NCBI RefSeq assembly: GCF_012570145.1
Contig: NZ_CP046207.1
Coordinates: forward strand, 1 to 6,377
DNA length: 6,377 nt
Direction: 5' to 3'
From: Enterobacteriaceae endosymbiont of Donacia provostii
Lineage (GTDB): Bacteria > Pseudomonadota > Gammaproteobacteria > Enterobacterales > Enterobacteriaceae
Position numbers and translations under genes: made by a program. Numbering within the stretch: position 1 is the stretch's first letter; each line of letters opens with the position of its first letter. The notes below the pieces were generated by a model. That model had not been told where the DNA came from. It worked only from the letters and a program-made list of their open reading frames with translations, and did no database searches. Below, one piece after another: positions 6,066 to 6,377 of the stretch.

Positions 6066-6216
6066 CAGAATAGCAGGGTAGTAAAACTCGGGATAGCAGG
6101 TAGTAAAACTCGGGATAGCAGGTAGTAAAACTCGGGATAGCAGGTAGTAACTCGGGATAGCAGGTAGTAAAACTCGGGATAGCAGGTAGTAAAACTCGGG
6201 ATAGCAGGTAGTAAAA
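6066..6216. repeat. Iteron array (putative TrfA binding sites, core of oriV): 5 identical 22-bp units, one 20-bp variant and one degenerate leading copy
   Basis: CTCGGGATAGCAGGTAGTAAAA occurs at 6087-6108, 6109-6130, 6151-6172, 6173-6194 and 6195-6216. A 20-bp variant lacking two A is at 6131-6150. A degenerate copy, CAGAATAGCAGGGTAGTAAAA, is at 6066-6086. Units abut head-to-tail with no spacers. Each unit has 10 G/C in 22 nt, far above the surrounding DNA. The 22-bp periodicity equals that of RK2 oriV iterons (17-mers on a 22-bp repeat). The array lies about 290 bp from the trfA start. Confidence 0.88.
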
Positions 6217-6377
6217 AGGTGAAGAAAAATCATAAACAAAAAAAATTTATATAATCCCTTTATAATCATTTTTTTTTAAAAAAAAAAATTGAATATTAAA
6301 ACAAACTAATGTAATATAAGAAAAGTATATGAAGTAAATAGAAAATTGTTTATTATTATTTTAAATAAAATTAAGTA
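6217..6377. other. A+T-rich tract next to the iterons: candidate DNA unwinding element, and across the presumed circular junction the promoter region of the adhesin gene
   Basis: Almost pure A/T, with no ORF. Contains a T9A11 tract at 6269-6288. Its position directly beside the iterons matches the usual layout of iteron origins. There is no experimental or motif-level proof, and I could not identify repeated 13-mers. Confidence 0.35.

Noticed and set aside
6066-6216. Possible CRISPR array, given the regular short direct repeats
   Set aside because: The repeats abut with no unique spacers between them, the unit is only 22 bp, there are no cas genes, and a Rep (trfA) gene is adjacent. An iteron origin explains the structure fully.
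6060-6269. 69-aa minus-strand ORF with an internally repeated peptide (YYLLSRVLLPAIPS...)
   Set aside because: The ORF is a read-through translation of the 22-bp iteron array, and the peptide repeats only mirror the DNA repeats. It has no plausible start context and no protein-like composition outside the repeats.
1-6377. Transposon, IS or integron context for the cargo genes
   Set aside because: There is no transposase or integrase ORF in any frame, no terminal inverted repeats flank the cargo genes, and no attC-like sites are present. Composition is uniformly A+T-rich, with no island boundary.

Overview
This 6,377-bp window is extremely A+T-rich (about 80% by eye, not computed). It reads as a complete or near-complete small plasmid from a genome-reduced, Enterobacterales-derived insect endosymbiont. 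Four real genes cover about 88% of it. (1) A 942-aa intimin/invasin-family inverse-autotransporter adhesin with a C-terminal lectin-like domain. (2) A secreted GH28 endo-polygalacturonase closely resembling Pectobacterium PehA. (3) A pheA derivative cut down to the bare prephenate dehydratase domain, with no chorismate mutase and no ACT regulatory domain. (4) A TrfA-family (RK2/IncP-type) replication initiator. About 290 bp upstream of trfA lies an array of about 7 head-to-tail 22-bp iterons, flanked by an A+T-rich tract; together these look like the vegetative origin. I see no partition, toxin-antitoxin, mobilisation, transposase, tRNA/rRNA or CRISPR content, and no start codon has a recognisable Shine-Dalgarno sequence. 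The most interesting reading is a minimal symbiosis plasmid that combines pectin digestion, a probably feedback-insensitive step of aromatic amino acid synthesis, and a host- or substrate-binding adhesin on one IncP-like mini-replicon. All homology statements come from motifs and alignments recalled from memory and need database confirmation. Other observations are slippage-prone poly(A) tracts at the 5' end of trfA, overlapping stop codons of the convergent genes, and a perfect 15-bp palindrome inside pheA that resembles the iteron core.
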